Shown here piece by piece: positions 34,809 through 44,121 of a DNA stretch of 64,000 bases. The notes below the pieces were generated by a model. That model made no database searches. It had not been told where the DNA came from and saw only the letters and a list, made by a program, of their open reading frames with translations. The DNA comes from a virus: the IMG/VR virus record IMGVR_UViG_3300017987_000070, positions 1 to 64,000 of that record; one strand, written 5' to 3'. Position 1 is the stretch's first letter; each line of letters starts with the position of its first letter. Both the position numbers and the translations under genes were made by a program.

Positions 34809-36383
34809 TCAGTACGTTTCAAAAAACTCGCGATATCTCTTGGCGAGAGTTGATGATCGCTCTTCAGGGTCTAGACTGAGCGTTTTGGGATCAATGCCAT
34901 TGAGCTTGAGCAACTCCGGGTGATGCCACCAGTTGTTTTTTGCCGACTTTGGGATGCGGATTAAGTTCGAGATCGTCTCGCCCGCAGAGTGCAGAACTAC
35001 CTCTTCTGAAGACTCAGGGTCTATCCAAATGATATCTTCGTTAGGGTACTCAGCCTTGATTTGTCGTGTGAGCCACTCTTCAGCCGCTCGAACGGTCTCG
35101 ACGTATTTTTTACCGAAGAACACCCTGTCCGTCTTTGACAGATCAACTAGATACCCTTTGTATTGAAAAGGTTTACCCTTCTCTAGCCGGACTAAGCCGT
35201 CATAAAGAGCACTTCGACAACCGTCTTCCGACTTCATGACAGTCCCATAGCATGACCATTTGAAGAGAAGGTCTTCACCTGAATTCTTCAAGCTAGTGTT
35301 GAACACATCGGGGTTATGATGCCACCTTGCTAGAAGTGCTACCGTCATACTTTCGGTTATCTTTCCGCCCTTAAACATGGGCATTACAGTATAGAAAGCT
35401 TCCATGCAATCGCGGTACTCTTGGCAGAGCAAGTCCCAATTCTCTCTGATGTAAGTATAGTGCTTACGCTCGCTGACCACAAAAGAACTCAGTTCTGTCG
35501 TGGTATACTCAGGAGTTCGGAGCATGTAAGCTCTTAGCATGTTCGCGTAAGCTTTTTTTGTCATGGTTTCGTTGGTGTAGTCTGTACGGCTCAGCTGAGC
35601 TGTAAACTTATCGACGGCTTTATGCGCATCGAAGTCAGGACCGCTAATGCAGCTTTTTGAGTAGGTTTCATCGCTCATAACCTTCCCGTTTTTATTAACG
35701 CTTCGGAAGACCGCTTGTAAATCCGGGTCCGTAAAATCAGCGCTAAGAGTCTCATGTAAAAGATTCTTTTCACTGTAAGCCGAAAGCATATGCGAGAACT
35801 GGACCCAATCTGAAGGGGTTTTGAATTTGCCCTGAAGGAGGGGGAACCAGTAGGAGTGGGGAGTGTCAAACACAAGACAAAGAGGGAAGTACCCTTCAAA
35901 AGTGCTTGGGTCCTTTATGTCAATGTGGTCGATAACGGTGAAGAACCTGTCATACAGGAACGAGTCTGGGATCTCAGAGATTGGTCTATTCACGTACTCC
36001 GATACAGCGTCTAGACAGATCGCGAAGGTTCCTTCCTGGGGCCGGGTTCGGGAGCGTTTTTTGTCCTCGTAAGGATTCTCGTACCCTTCAAAGGTATTAC
36101 ATCGGAGTAGCGTGGTGGTCCTTTGTAGACCGTCACATACTTCGAACGCACATTGGGTTAAGTCGTACTGAGGGCCTCCCCTGTACGTGATTCGACGCGA
36201 TACTGCGTCTGGGGTATTAACGTGGTTGATCAAGAACAGGCCAGAACTAGCGTTCCGAAGCATCGAGTGGATGAACTTGCACTCGCGCTCGAAGTCCCAT
36301 TCAGGTGTCCTCTGGTAGTAGGCCACTCGGTAACGGCCTTGTTGGAGTTCTTTGAGGTAAGTGCGAAGGGGTGTGTTTGACAT
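34809..36383 (-). CDS. DUF262 (GmrSD N-terminal, ParB/Srx-fold) domain protein
   Basis: YQRTPEWD...FIHSML, EVCDGLQRTTTL and VFRSVNKNG correspond to the DUF262 QR / DGQQR / FxxxN motifs. AT-richer than flanks. Confidence 0.75.
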   Translation of the reverse strand: MSNTPLRTYLKELQQGRYRVAYYQRTPEWDFERECKFIHSMLRNASSGLFLINHVNTPDAVSRRITYRGGPQYDLTQCAFEVCDGLQRTTTLLRCNTFEGYENPYEDKKRSRTRPQEGTFAICLDAVSEYVNRPISEIPDSFLYDRFFTVIDHIDIKDPSTFEGYFPLCLVFDTPHSYWFPLLQGKFKTPSDWVQFSHMLSAYSEKNLLHETLSADFTDPDLQAVFRSVNKNGKVMSDETYSKSCISGPDFDAHKAVDKFTAQLSRTDYTNETMTKKAYANMLRAYMLRTPEYTTTELSSFVVSERKHYTYIRENWDLLCQEYRDCMEAFYTVMPMFKGGKITESMTVALLARWHHNPDVFNTSLKNSGEDLLFKWSCYGTVMKSEDGCRSALYDGLVRLEKGKPFQYKGYLVDLSKTDRVFFGKKYVETVRAAEEWLTRQIKAEYPNEDIIWIDPESSEEVVLHSAGETISNLIRIPKSAKNNWWHHPELLKLNGIDPKTLSLDPEERSSTLAKRYREFFETY

Positions 36384-36443
36384 GCTCAAAACCTTTGGGT
36401 GGGGTGGGGTGGTCTCAGATTCTCCCCGGTAGATTACGAACAC

Positions 36444-36472
36444 AACTTAGAGCCCGCTCTCGTCTTTGTCAA
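36444..36472 (-). promoter_or_regulatory. Sigma70-like promoter TTGACA-17-TAAGTT
   Basis: Perfect -35 box with a 17-nt spacer and an upstream A-tract, in the divergent intergenic region before the DUF262 gene. Confidence 0.6.
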
Positions 36473-36560
36473 GCTTTTTTGTGGGCATTCGCGTCTCTCC
36501 CGTATGTTTTTGTGCCGATGGTGATGTACTACCACAGTCCAAGAGCATACGGGAGCCCTC

Positions 36561-39500
36561 ATGTTCGACTCCGGCTACGTTTTGCGCCAGCCTAGAGTGT
36601 CTAGCGCTAACAATCCTACACAAGATGACCCTAGCGTTCATGTCCTTGACCGTGATTCCGATGGTAACCTGACTTCGGACCGTGACGAGTACCTCGCGAC
36701 GTTCATCAATGACCCCACCGCCCAACGCAGAGAATACCTCGTGGTTCCCAAGGCTACGGCGAATCTGGTTGCGGGAGAGGACTTCATTCAGGAGACTCCG
36801 GTCAACGTGGACGATGCAGGTTTGGTGTATCAGTTCAATCAAGCGGGTCTTGCGATCCGAGATTTCTCCCTCGTGTCTGGCGATGCTCCCGATAAGGTAG
36901 ACCTCCAGGCGGGTCTCTTGATGTACGACACCGCGCCGGGTACAACTCCCGTGGTGCAGTACCGTCGTGAAGCTCTGTCTCTCTTCTACACGAGAAATGA
37001 CTCCAACGTCACGCGCTTTGGCTTCGACGATCGTGTCCAGAGGTGGCGCACGCTTCCCGGCGCACCCCCGGAGCTTATAGGAAACGTACCCGAGGACGCC
37101 CTCACGCCTCTCACACTGGCCGCTACGGAGCCAGACGCGGGAACACCCAGGATTGTCCTCGGGAGCCTTGAGAACGCCCCTGTGCCCGTCTCCTACATCC
37201 CTACCCAAGCCCGGTGGCAAGACTACCTCGACGGCGTGCTCACCCCCAATGCAGGGGAAGCCGCAGCGTTTGCGGACACGGGCGAGATCCTCTTCGCGGC
37301 AGACATTATCGCGTCTTCGGTGAACCTACCCGTCTTCCAGTACCGCTACTCTTTCTTCGCCCTCGACACTTCCTCGGGTCTCCTGGGTTCCGTGGGAGAA
37401 GACATCTTTCTCAATCCTGTACCCCAAGGTACAGAGTTCCCACTACTCAGAACGCGCTACGGCAGCTACTTGACCGTCGCACGGAGCACTGATCCCGTGG
37501 GTACCGAGGAAGTTAGATACGATGTGAACTCGGGGAAGCTAACCTTCCAGAACGCCGATCGTGACGGAGAGAGTCTCTACTACGACGGCGTGTACTCTAT
37601 CACCGAGCCTGTTCAGGCGTTTCCTCCTACGGACTTGGGCACGATCACTCCCAACTTCGCTTCGACCCCTGGCATCGCGAACATAGACGCGTCCGTGTAC
37701 GATCGCACGGCGCTCTTGCTGTATGTTCGAGAGTCTGGAGAGGTAATCCAAGACCTTGAGTTCGTCGAAGAGGCGAGTGATCTCCCCCAGCCTTCGCGCA
37801 TCCCGGCCACGAAAGCTTTCCTCTTCTACGACGAGGGCGCGGATGAGGTCCAAGTTCAGTTGAGCTTCTCTTTCATGCAGGCGAACTCGGGGCTAACCCT
37901 GAGCGTCGGGACGGGTGACTTCTACCTCGAAGATGGCATCACCTTCCGTGTGGCACGTTCTTTGCGTCCAGGCGTTGATCCCGATGCGCGCTCTCGCGTG
38001 CGCATCCAAGACGAGGTGCTCATTGATGGGATCTCTCAAGGTGCCTTCGCGATCCTACCTCAGATTCCCTTACAGGATGTAGCTGGATACTCCGAGGACA
38101 CGTTCTTTCGTGTACGAAGCAACGGCAGCACGCGCACACTTGTACCTGACGAAGATGTGGTGTACGACTTCGACGCGAGTTCTATCCGTTGGGCAGAGCG
38201 AGAATCACAGACTCAGAGCATCACTCAGGTAGCCTCTTCCGTGAAGCTCCCACATGAGGTCTTGCTTGACCGTAACTTCAGCTTCGAGCTTGACGAGGGT
38301 AATGGGTTCCAAGCCTTGACCCCAGGTGAGACCGTCGTGGTGGACTTCGACCTCGGGAACATCGCCTTTGCCGAGCCCTTCGGTAAACCGCTCTATGAGG
38401 GCTTCGGTTCTCTCTCGGGGAGCACGTTCACCGACACAGGTGCAGCGTTCAACTTCGCCCTTGACCTCGGAAGCACACCTTCAGCACTCGACGCGTTCGA
38501 GCGTCCCTTGCTCATCCTCACGAACACCAACGAAGTGTTCCGCGTGGACGACTCCACCGCGACCTCGCTCACGATCTCTACTTCAAGCGGCCCTCAGACG
38601 AACGTACCTTACGTCGTCGTGGAGGGACCCGATGTGGTTTATGAGTACGCCTTCGAGGATGTCGACCTCACGCGCCGGACGGTATTCCCTTCGATCATCT
38701 CTCCTTTGGGATCTTTCGTACCCGATGGAGAGAGCTTTGCGTTCGAGCTGGACGGGGCTGAGGTACCTCACGTGACCCTGGAGAGAGAAACGCTCGGGTT
38801 CATTCAAGACGCCCTGGTGGTTCCTGCCTACTACCTCGCTCCTGAAGCGAACTTCGAGCTTTACCGGGACTCAACGCTCCTGAGCTTCGTGCCCGGTGCT
38901 CCCGCATCCTCGGGAGAGTACACCTTCGACTCTGGAACGGGAGCGATCACGTTCTTCGCGGGGGATGTCACGACCTTCGAGGGGTCCTCCATCGTCTTGC
39001 GTCCTCTCCTCTCGACGGGACGCGCCACGGGACCCGTGGAAGTTCTCGCAGAGAATCGCAGCGTAGGTTTGCCTCTCGACCTTGTAAGTGAAAATGTAAA
39101 ATCAGTCGTGCTTTTAAGCGAAAGCCAGTACAGCGTGCAACCTTCCAACGGACAGTTGTTCTTCAACTCCGCATTCCGTGCGGGTGATCGGCTACAAGTA
39201 AGGTACTATGTTGATAGCTTGAATAGCTTAGTTAATTTAATTACCTTTAATGCAAGAGAGAATTTAACTTACGCGCCTGCTACGAGTGTTTTCAATTTCG
39301 CCTCTGGAATCGAGGTGGATACCACCAAGCCCGGCACGCTGTTCATCAACGGATCGCCAAGCTCTCAGGGGACAGTGGACCTCCTCAACAAGACCGTGAC
39401 GCTCAATGCACCGGCGAATCCCAACCGCACGTATCAGGTCGGCTACTTCCGTCTTGACGCTGCCGGAGGGGAGAAGACCGCCGTCTTGCCCTCTCTACCT

Positions 39501-42500
39501 TTTGACCCTCCCGTGCAGTTCGTCGGGGGGACCCAACAGACGTTTCTTGGAGACCACACGTCAGTTCTCCAACCTGACGTGGTGTTGGAGGTAGACGACG
39601 TGTCCGTTCGTGTCGTGAGTTCGTCTTACGATGCGGGTACGGATCTCACGACCGCCGAGGTGTCCCCAGCGATCTCGACCCCAGTGACGAGCCCCTCCCT
39701 CTTGAGGGTCACATCCTCTCCATTGGACCGCACATCTGTGGTCCCGGCTCAAGCAGAGGTCAACGCGGTAGACAACCAAGAACTGCGCCTCTTCGGGGAC
39801 TTCACGGGCGCGGTCTTCGCGAACCGCGTGCTCTTCCTCGACGGCGAGCCTTATGGTGTTCAGGGGGTGGCTTATGATGAAGGGGCACGGGTAACGCGTG
39901 TGACGCTTAGGTCTCGTTTGCAGCGGGAGTACGTCAACCCTACGATCACCATCTCGGATGAGGTAGTCTACGATCCTGCACCTGGGGTACTCGCAACGAA
40001 CCGGCCTCTCTTTGCGGCTCAAGACGTGCGCCTCGTGCAGTTGGACGAGGATGGTTCGGGTACGCTTCTGGAGAGAGGCGTACAGTACGAAGTGACTGAC
40101 GCAGGGGACATCGCGCTTGACCCCACGAACGTGACTCTACCTCAACCGGGGCAGAGGTGGGTGCTGTCTTATCTCGCAAGAGAGGATGTTGGACCGTTTA
40201 CCTCCAACGCAGGGACTTTGGTGATCCCACGCTTGCGTTCAACGTACACGAGGTTCGTCGCGGCAACCAACCAGACCTTCGCGGGCGGCCAACTTCTGGC
40301 CACCTACAGCATATACTCCCCGGACACGTTCTACTTCCGCGCTCTACCTCTCTCCGAGTACGCTGCCGAGGTTCAAGCGACGCTGGGTTCTTCCTCGGGG
40401 TCATCGGGTCCTTCGACCTCCTTCCGAAGCACGCAAGCTCTCTCTGACAAGGGCAACCTCACCCTGGTAGGGGAGGAACTCGACGTTCGAGATCGCGACC
40501 GTGTAGGACGTGCTTTCATTTCCCTCTACAACGATGTCGCTCAGGACTTCGAGACCTACCTCCAGGCAGTCGACGGGAGGGTCATTGGAGACCGGGACGG
40601 GCAGTTCAAGTTCTTCCTCGCTCCCGACGGTCAACCGGGAGGGGAAGACCCCGTATCGGGAGAGCTTCTGCCCTATTACGTCAACCCTGACGGCAGCGGA
40701 TCAAAGCCTACCCCCGCTCAAGTGGAGGACATTGACATCCTAGCACAAGAAGGGTTCGTCCGCAACTCGATTGACGATCTCATCTTGAGGTCCAAGAAGC
40801 CCTTCCAGTTCACCTTCCCTGCCACCTTCGAGTACCTTGGTACGTTCGCGAGGGCCTGGGAACCTTCCCGCCTGTCGAGGTTCTACCCCCAACGCTCCAA
40901 GGTAGTCACGCTAACCCCTCCTGATGTAAGTGGTTCGGGCTCCTACGATTTCTTCGAGGACTTCGGCTTGACCCTGGGTGACTTGAAGCAAGACGACGTG
41001 ATCTCGATTGAGACCCTCGAAGAGAGGCCGCCTCAAGCATGGCTCATCAACGGGGTCGTGTCAACGGGGTCGGGCACAGCTACGGTCAACGCGGGTATGG
41101 TCTTCCCTCTGGGAGCCTCACAAGCCTCTAACCCTGGTGCGGGTCAGAACCTCACCGATGGTGACGCGAGCAAACAGATCCCAGGCTTCGCAGTAGACGA
41201 TGTGGTCAACCTCGGACGCATCTCTTACACGACGAACCCCTCCACGGGACTCGTAGAGAGGCAAGAGACAATCTATGCACAGAACATGGTGGTCACGGCA
41301 ATCTCGGGAGACCAAGTGACCCTGGGGCAGTTGGATCAGACCTTCTTTGACAACCTCTTCCCCGACGCAGGGATCGTGTTCGGCAGCTTGACGATCACCG
41401 TCACCGACCCTGAGACGCTTGATGGGGTGACCTCTCCAGCCGCAGGGTACTCGGCTGCGACCTCAACGCCAAGACAAAACGACACGGTGTTCGGGACATC
41501 ACTCAACCCGTTCAGGCAAGGCTTCGACTTCGGCCTCGATGCGAGCGAAGGGGAACTCATCAACCGCGCCTTGCCAGACTTCCTCGCGAGCATCACGGGT
41601 CAGGTAGCTCCTCCTCCCTTGACCTACCTCAACGCGACCATCAGCTACAAGAACCAGCGCACAGAGCCTTTCAGGTTCCCCGCCCTTGATGGGGAGGCCG
41701 TCGACGATGATGGCTTGCAGAACGCTCCCTACGGCTACCCTCTCCTCTCTTCGGAGAGCGTGTCCTTTGGTAACGAAGAGAGCGCACTTACAAACGTCCT
41801 CAACGGCACTACTCCGGGTCTCGTGATTGATGCGACTCAAAGCTCACCCTCGGTCCTGACGACGACTCAAGACCTCACTGACCCAAGCTCATATCCCACA
41901 CCGCCACGCCCGTATGACCTGCTCCTACTCGAAGGAGAGACCTTGGGAGGAACCCCTGCTACGGGAGGGTCGACGGCGTTCGTCTTCTCCGAGGTCACGA
42001 GCCCTACCGACTTCAGGCTTGCCGCGTTCGAGGCGTTTGACTCAGGCGTCTCCTATGCCATTGACGATGCCTTCTCGGGCACAGGTACGGGAGTCGGTGC
42101 CGTGTGGACTGACGATCTGGGAAGAGACTTCACGGTCTTGAATGGACTCACGGGGACCCTGGACATTGGAGGGAGCCTGTTCTCCATCCTGTCTTTTGGG
42201 GTTGGTACGATCACGGTAGTAGCAGGACCTCTCCCCGCTTCGGGAGCGTTCAACCTTGACCTCTCGGGCAACGGGGACATCAACTCCCTGCACGCCCTCA
42301 CGGACTCAGTGGATTTCTCTACATGGGCTGACGGTCTCACACTCCGTGTGCTCTCGGGAGTGAACACGGGGACCTACACGATCGCCACCGGGTTCAACGG
42401 CTCAGTCGAACCCGAGACGCTTCCTGCGGGATTCGCGTCTGGAAACGCTGCGATAGCGTCTACGAGCATTGAGGTTCAAGGCTCAGGTAGCGCGGGTGCG

Positions 42501-43901
42501 GGTACTCCGACGTTGTTTGATGTCGTGGGGGTAGACTTCACTTCTTACGGTCCTGCCTCCGTGCTTTATGTGCTCAACACGAACGTCAACGGAGACGTGG
42601 ACGACGTGGACATCCATGACGTCGTGACCTTTGGGAACGAGGTGCTGGAAGTCACTCCGGCGATTGCAAACACGGGCACGAGCCTGGAGTTCTACTTGAC
42701 GAGTGACCCGCTCTTCTCAGTAGGGGATGCAGCCGTGGACCTTGGTACGAGCGCGACTACCTTGTTCGTTCTCACAGACCTCGGGAACCTTGACGTGCGC
42801 GTGGGAGACACCCTGGTCATTCCTCCCACCTCCCCAAACGGGGGTCGTTACGTCATTGAGAATGTAGACCTCACGGCAGCTCCGTATACAGAGATTCAGG
42901 TGAGCCCACCTTTGCGTCAGACTCAAGGCGACGTCTCCAACGCGAACCCGGTCTTGGACGATTTCCCGGTGAGGTTTACGACTTCTCGCCCTCGACGATT
43001 CTCACCCGAGCTTGACGCCTTACGGGACATTCAGTTGCAGCGGCGCGTCCTCTACGACACCGTGGCGAATGCGCCTACAAGCCCCGTAGACATCCAAGAC
43101 TTGCTTACCCTGGGGGGATATGAGAACACGAACCCCTCGGGACCCACGCTTGCCATCTTGGAGCGTCTGATAGACAACGCGTTCGATCAGGAACTCACGC
43201 AAGCTTCAGACGGGACCCTTGTAGACCTTGGAGGAGGCGTGTTCGCGCTGGAATCTCTGTCCTCAGACTTCGTGGCAGACGAAGTTCAAGACGACTCGGA
43301 CACACGTGCGAGCTTCGTGCTCATTGAAGAAGGCTTCGCCCGAGGGTTCTATCGTGTGGGTGAGGTCCTGTCTCCCACCCGTGTAGAGCTTCGGGAGGCG
43401 ACTGAGTTCCCCGTGGACTTCTTGACGACCTTGGCACCGGGTTCAGGAGTCTCCTTCCGTGTTCTTCAGGGAGAGCGATTCTCCGAGCGCACGTATGAGC
43501 TTGTCCTCTATGAACTCATCAATGTCAAGGAGATTCTAGACCGTCTCGACAAGGGAATCCAGAGCACCCTCCATGACCCTGCTACCTTCGATTCTCCCGA
43601 TCTTCTTATAGCCAACCCAGGTGAGCCCCTGGACGCTACTCTCCAGAATCATCTGGATGGGGCGTATTCAACTCTCCCTGTGGGAGTTCAGGATCGTCAA
43701 GCGTTCCTGACCGGGGCACCGAGTTTGGTAGACGAAGTGGAAGCGGTGCTCTCTGGCACAGAGAATCTCTACGACTTGAGGTTCTCATGGATTGACTTCC
43801 GAATCAACCTTGAAACCGGAACCCTGCCTACCCGCCGTAGGCTTTTACAAGACCGAGCGAAGCGCCGTAGGGCTCGCGTTCGGGATGCTCTGAGGACCTG
43901 A
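36561..43901 (+). CDS. Very large baseplate wedge/structural protein
   Basis: 2446 aa, acidic and beta-rich, with repeated DY..D...G.I/L.F and G.Y.I..V motifs. Heads the baseplate gene cluster. Confidence 0.65.
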   Translation: MFDSGYVLRQPRVSSANNPTQDDPSVHVLDRDSDGNLTSDRDEYLATFINDPTAQRREYLVVPKATANLVAGEDFIQETPVNVDDAGLVYQFNQAGLAIRDFSLVSGDAPDKVDLQAGLLMYDTAPGTTPVVQYRREALSLFYTRNDSNVTRFGFDDRVQRWRTLPGAPPELIGNVPEDALTPLTLAATEPDAGTPRIVLGSLENAPVPVSYIPTQARWQDYLDGVLTPNAGEAAAFADTGEILFAADIIASSVNLPVFQYRYSFFALDTSSGLLGSVGEDIFLNPVPQGTEFPLLRTRYGSYLTVARSTDPVGTEEVRYDVNSGKLTFQNADRDGESLYYDGVYSITEPVQAFPPTDLGTITPNFASTPGIANIDASVYDRTALLLYVRESGEVIQDLEFVEEASDLPQPSRIPATKAFLFYDEGADEVQVQLSFSFMQANSGLTLSVGTGDFYLEDGITFRVARSLRPGVDPDARSRVRIQDEVLIDGISQGAFAILPQIPLQDVAGYSEDTFFRVRSNGSTRTLVPDEDVVYDFDASSIRWAERESQTQSITQVASSVKLPHEVLLDRNFSFELDEGNGFQALTPGETVVVDFDLGNIAFAEPFGKPLYEGFGSLSGSTFTDTGAAFNFALDLGSTPSALDAFERPLLILTNTNEVFRVDDSTATSLTISTSSGPQTNVPYVVVEGPDVVYEYAFEDVDLTRRTVFPSIISPLGSFVPDGESFAFELDGAEVPHVTLERETLGFIQDALVVPAYYLAPEANFELYRDSTLLSFVPGAPASSGEYTFDSGTGAITFFAGDVTTFEGSSIVLRPLLSTGRATGPVEVLAENRSVGLPLDLVSENVKSVVLLSESQYSVQPSNGQLFFNSAFRAGDRLQVRYYVDSLNSLVNLITFNARENLTYAPATSVFNFASGIEVDTTKPGTLFINGSPSSQGTVDLLNKTVTLNAPANPNRTYQVGYFRLDAAGGEKTAVLPSLPFDPPVQFVGGTQQTFLGDHTSVLQPDVVLEVDDVSVRVVSSSYDAGTDLTTAEVSPAISTPVTSPSLLRVTSSPLDRTSVVPAQAEVNAVDNQELRLFGDFTGAVFANRVLFLDGEPYGVQGVAYDEGARVTRVTLRSRLQREYVNPTITISDEVVYDPAPGVLATNRPLFAAQDVRLVQLDEDGSGTLLERGVQYEVTDAGDIALDPTNVTLPQPGQRWVLSYLAREDVGPFTSNAGTLVIPRLRSTYTRFVAATNQTFAGGQLLATYSIYSPDTFYFRALPLSEYAAEVQATLGSSSGSSGPSTSFRSTQALSDKGNLTLVGEELDVRDRDRVGRAFISLYNDVAQDFETYLQAVDGRVIGDRDGQFKFFLAPDGQPGGEDPVSGELLPYYVNPDGSGSKPTPAQVEDIDILAQEGFVRNSIDDLILRSKKPFQFTFPATFEYLGTFARAWEPSRLSRFYPQRSKVVTLTPPDVSGSGSYDFFEDFGLTLGDLKQDDVISIETLEERPPQAWLINGVVSTGSGTATVNAGMVFPLGASQASNPGAGQNLTDGDASKQIPGFAVDDVVNLGRISYTTNPSTGLVERQETIYAQNMVVTAISGDQVTLGQLDQTFFDNLFPDAGIVFGSLTITVTDPETLDGVTSPAAGYSAATSTPRQNDTVFGTSLNPFRQGFDFGLDASEGELINRALPDFLASITGQVAPPPLTYLNATISYKNQRTEPFRFPALDGEAVDDDGLQNAPYGYPLLSSESVSFGNEESALTNVLNGTTPGLVIDATQSSPSVLTTTQDLTDPSSYPTPPRPYDLLLLEGETLGGTPATGGSTAFVFSEVTSPTDFRLAAFEAFDSGVSYAIDDAFSGTGTGVGAVWTDDLGRDFTVLNGLTGTLDIGGSLFSILSFGVGTITVVAGPLPASGAFNLDLSGNGDINSLHALTDSVDFSTWADGLTLRVLSGVNTGTYTIATGFNGSVEPETLPAGFASGNAAIASTSIEVQGSGSAGAGTPTLFDVVGVDFTSYGPASVLYVLNTNVNGDVDDVDIHDVVTFGNEVLEVTPAIANTGTSLEFYLTSDPLFSVGDAAVDLGTSATTLFVLTDLGNLDVRVGDTLVIPPTSPNGGRYVIENVDLTAAPYTEIQVSPPLRQTQGDVSNANPVLDDFPVRFTTSRPRRFSPELDALRDIQLQRRVLYDTVANAPTSPVDIQDLLTLGGYENTNPSGPTLAILERLIDNAFDQELTQASDGTLVDLGGGVFALESLSSDFVADEVQDDSDTRASFVLIEEGFARGFYRVGEVLSPTRVELREATEFPVDFLTTLAPGSGVSFRVLQGERFSERTYELVLYELINVKEILDRLDKGIQSTLHDPATFDSPDLLIANPGEPLDATLQNHLDGAYSTLPVGVQDRQAFLTGAPSLVDEVEAVLSGTENLYDLRFSWIDFRINLETGTLPTRRRLLQDRAKRRRARVRDALRT

Positions 43902-43902
43902 C

Positions 43903-44121
43903 ATGGACGACAAGAATGGCAAGAAATCCGCTTGCTGGCGTAAGACACGAACGCTCACCCCTTCTTTCCGTGACGTGCTCGACAAGTTAGAGGAGCTACG
44001 GGTCACTATTGAGGACGAGCAGAAGACCCTTCAAGCTCAACTGGCAGCAACCCACACTGAACCTCACTCGGAAGAGACTGAGACCGAAGCGGTGGGCGTA
44101 GGTACGGTGAACGATGGCTGA
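43903..44121 (+). CDS. Small coiled-coil protein
   Basis: RBS GAGGA; coupled on both sides within the baseplate operon. Confidence 0.55.
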   Translation: MDDKNGKKSACWRKTRTLTPSFRDVLDKLEELRVTIEDEQKTLQAQLAATHTEPHSEETETEAVGVGTVNDG

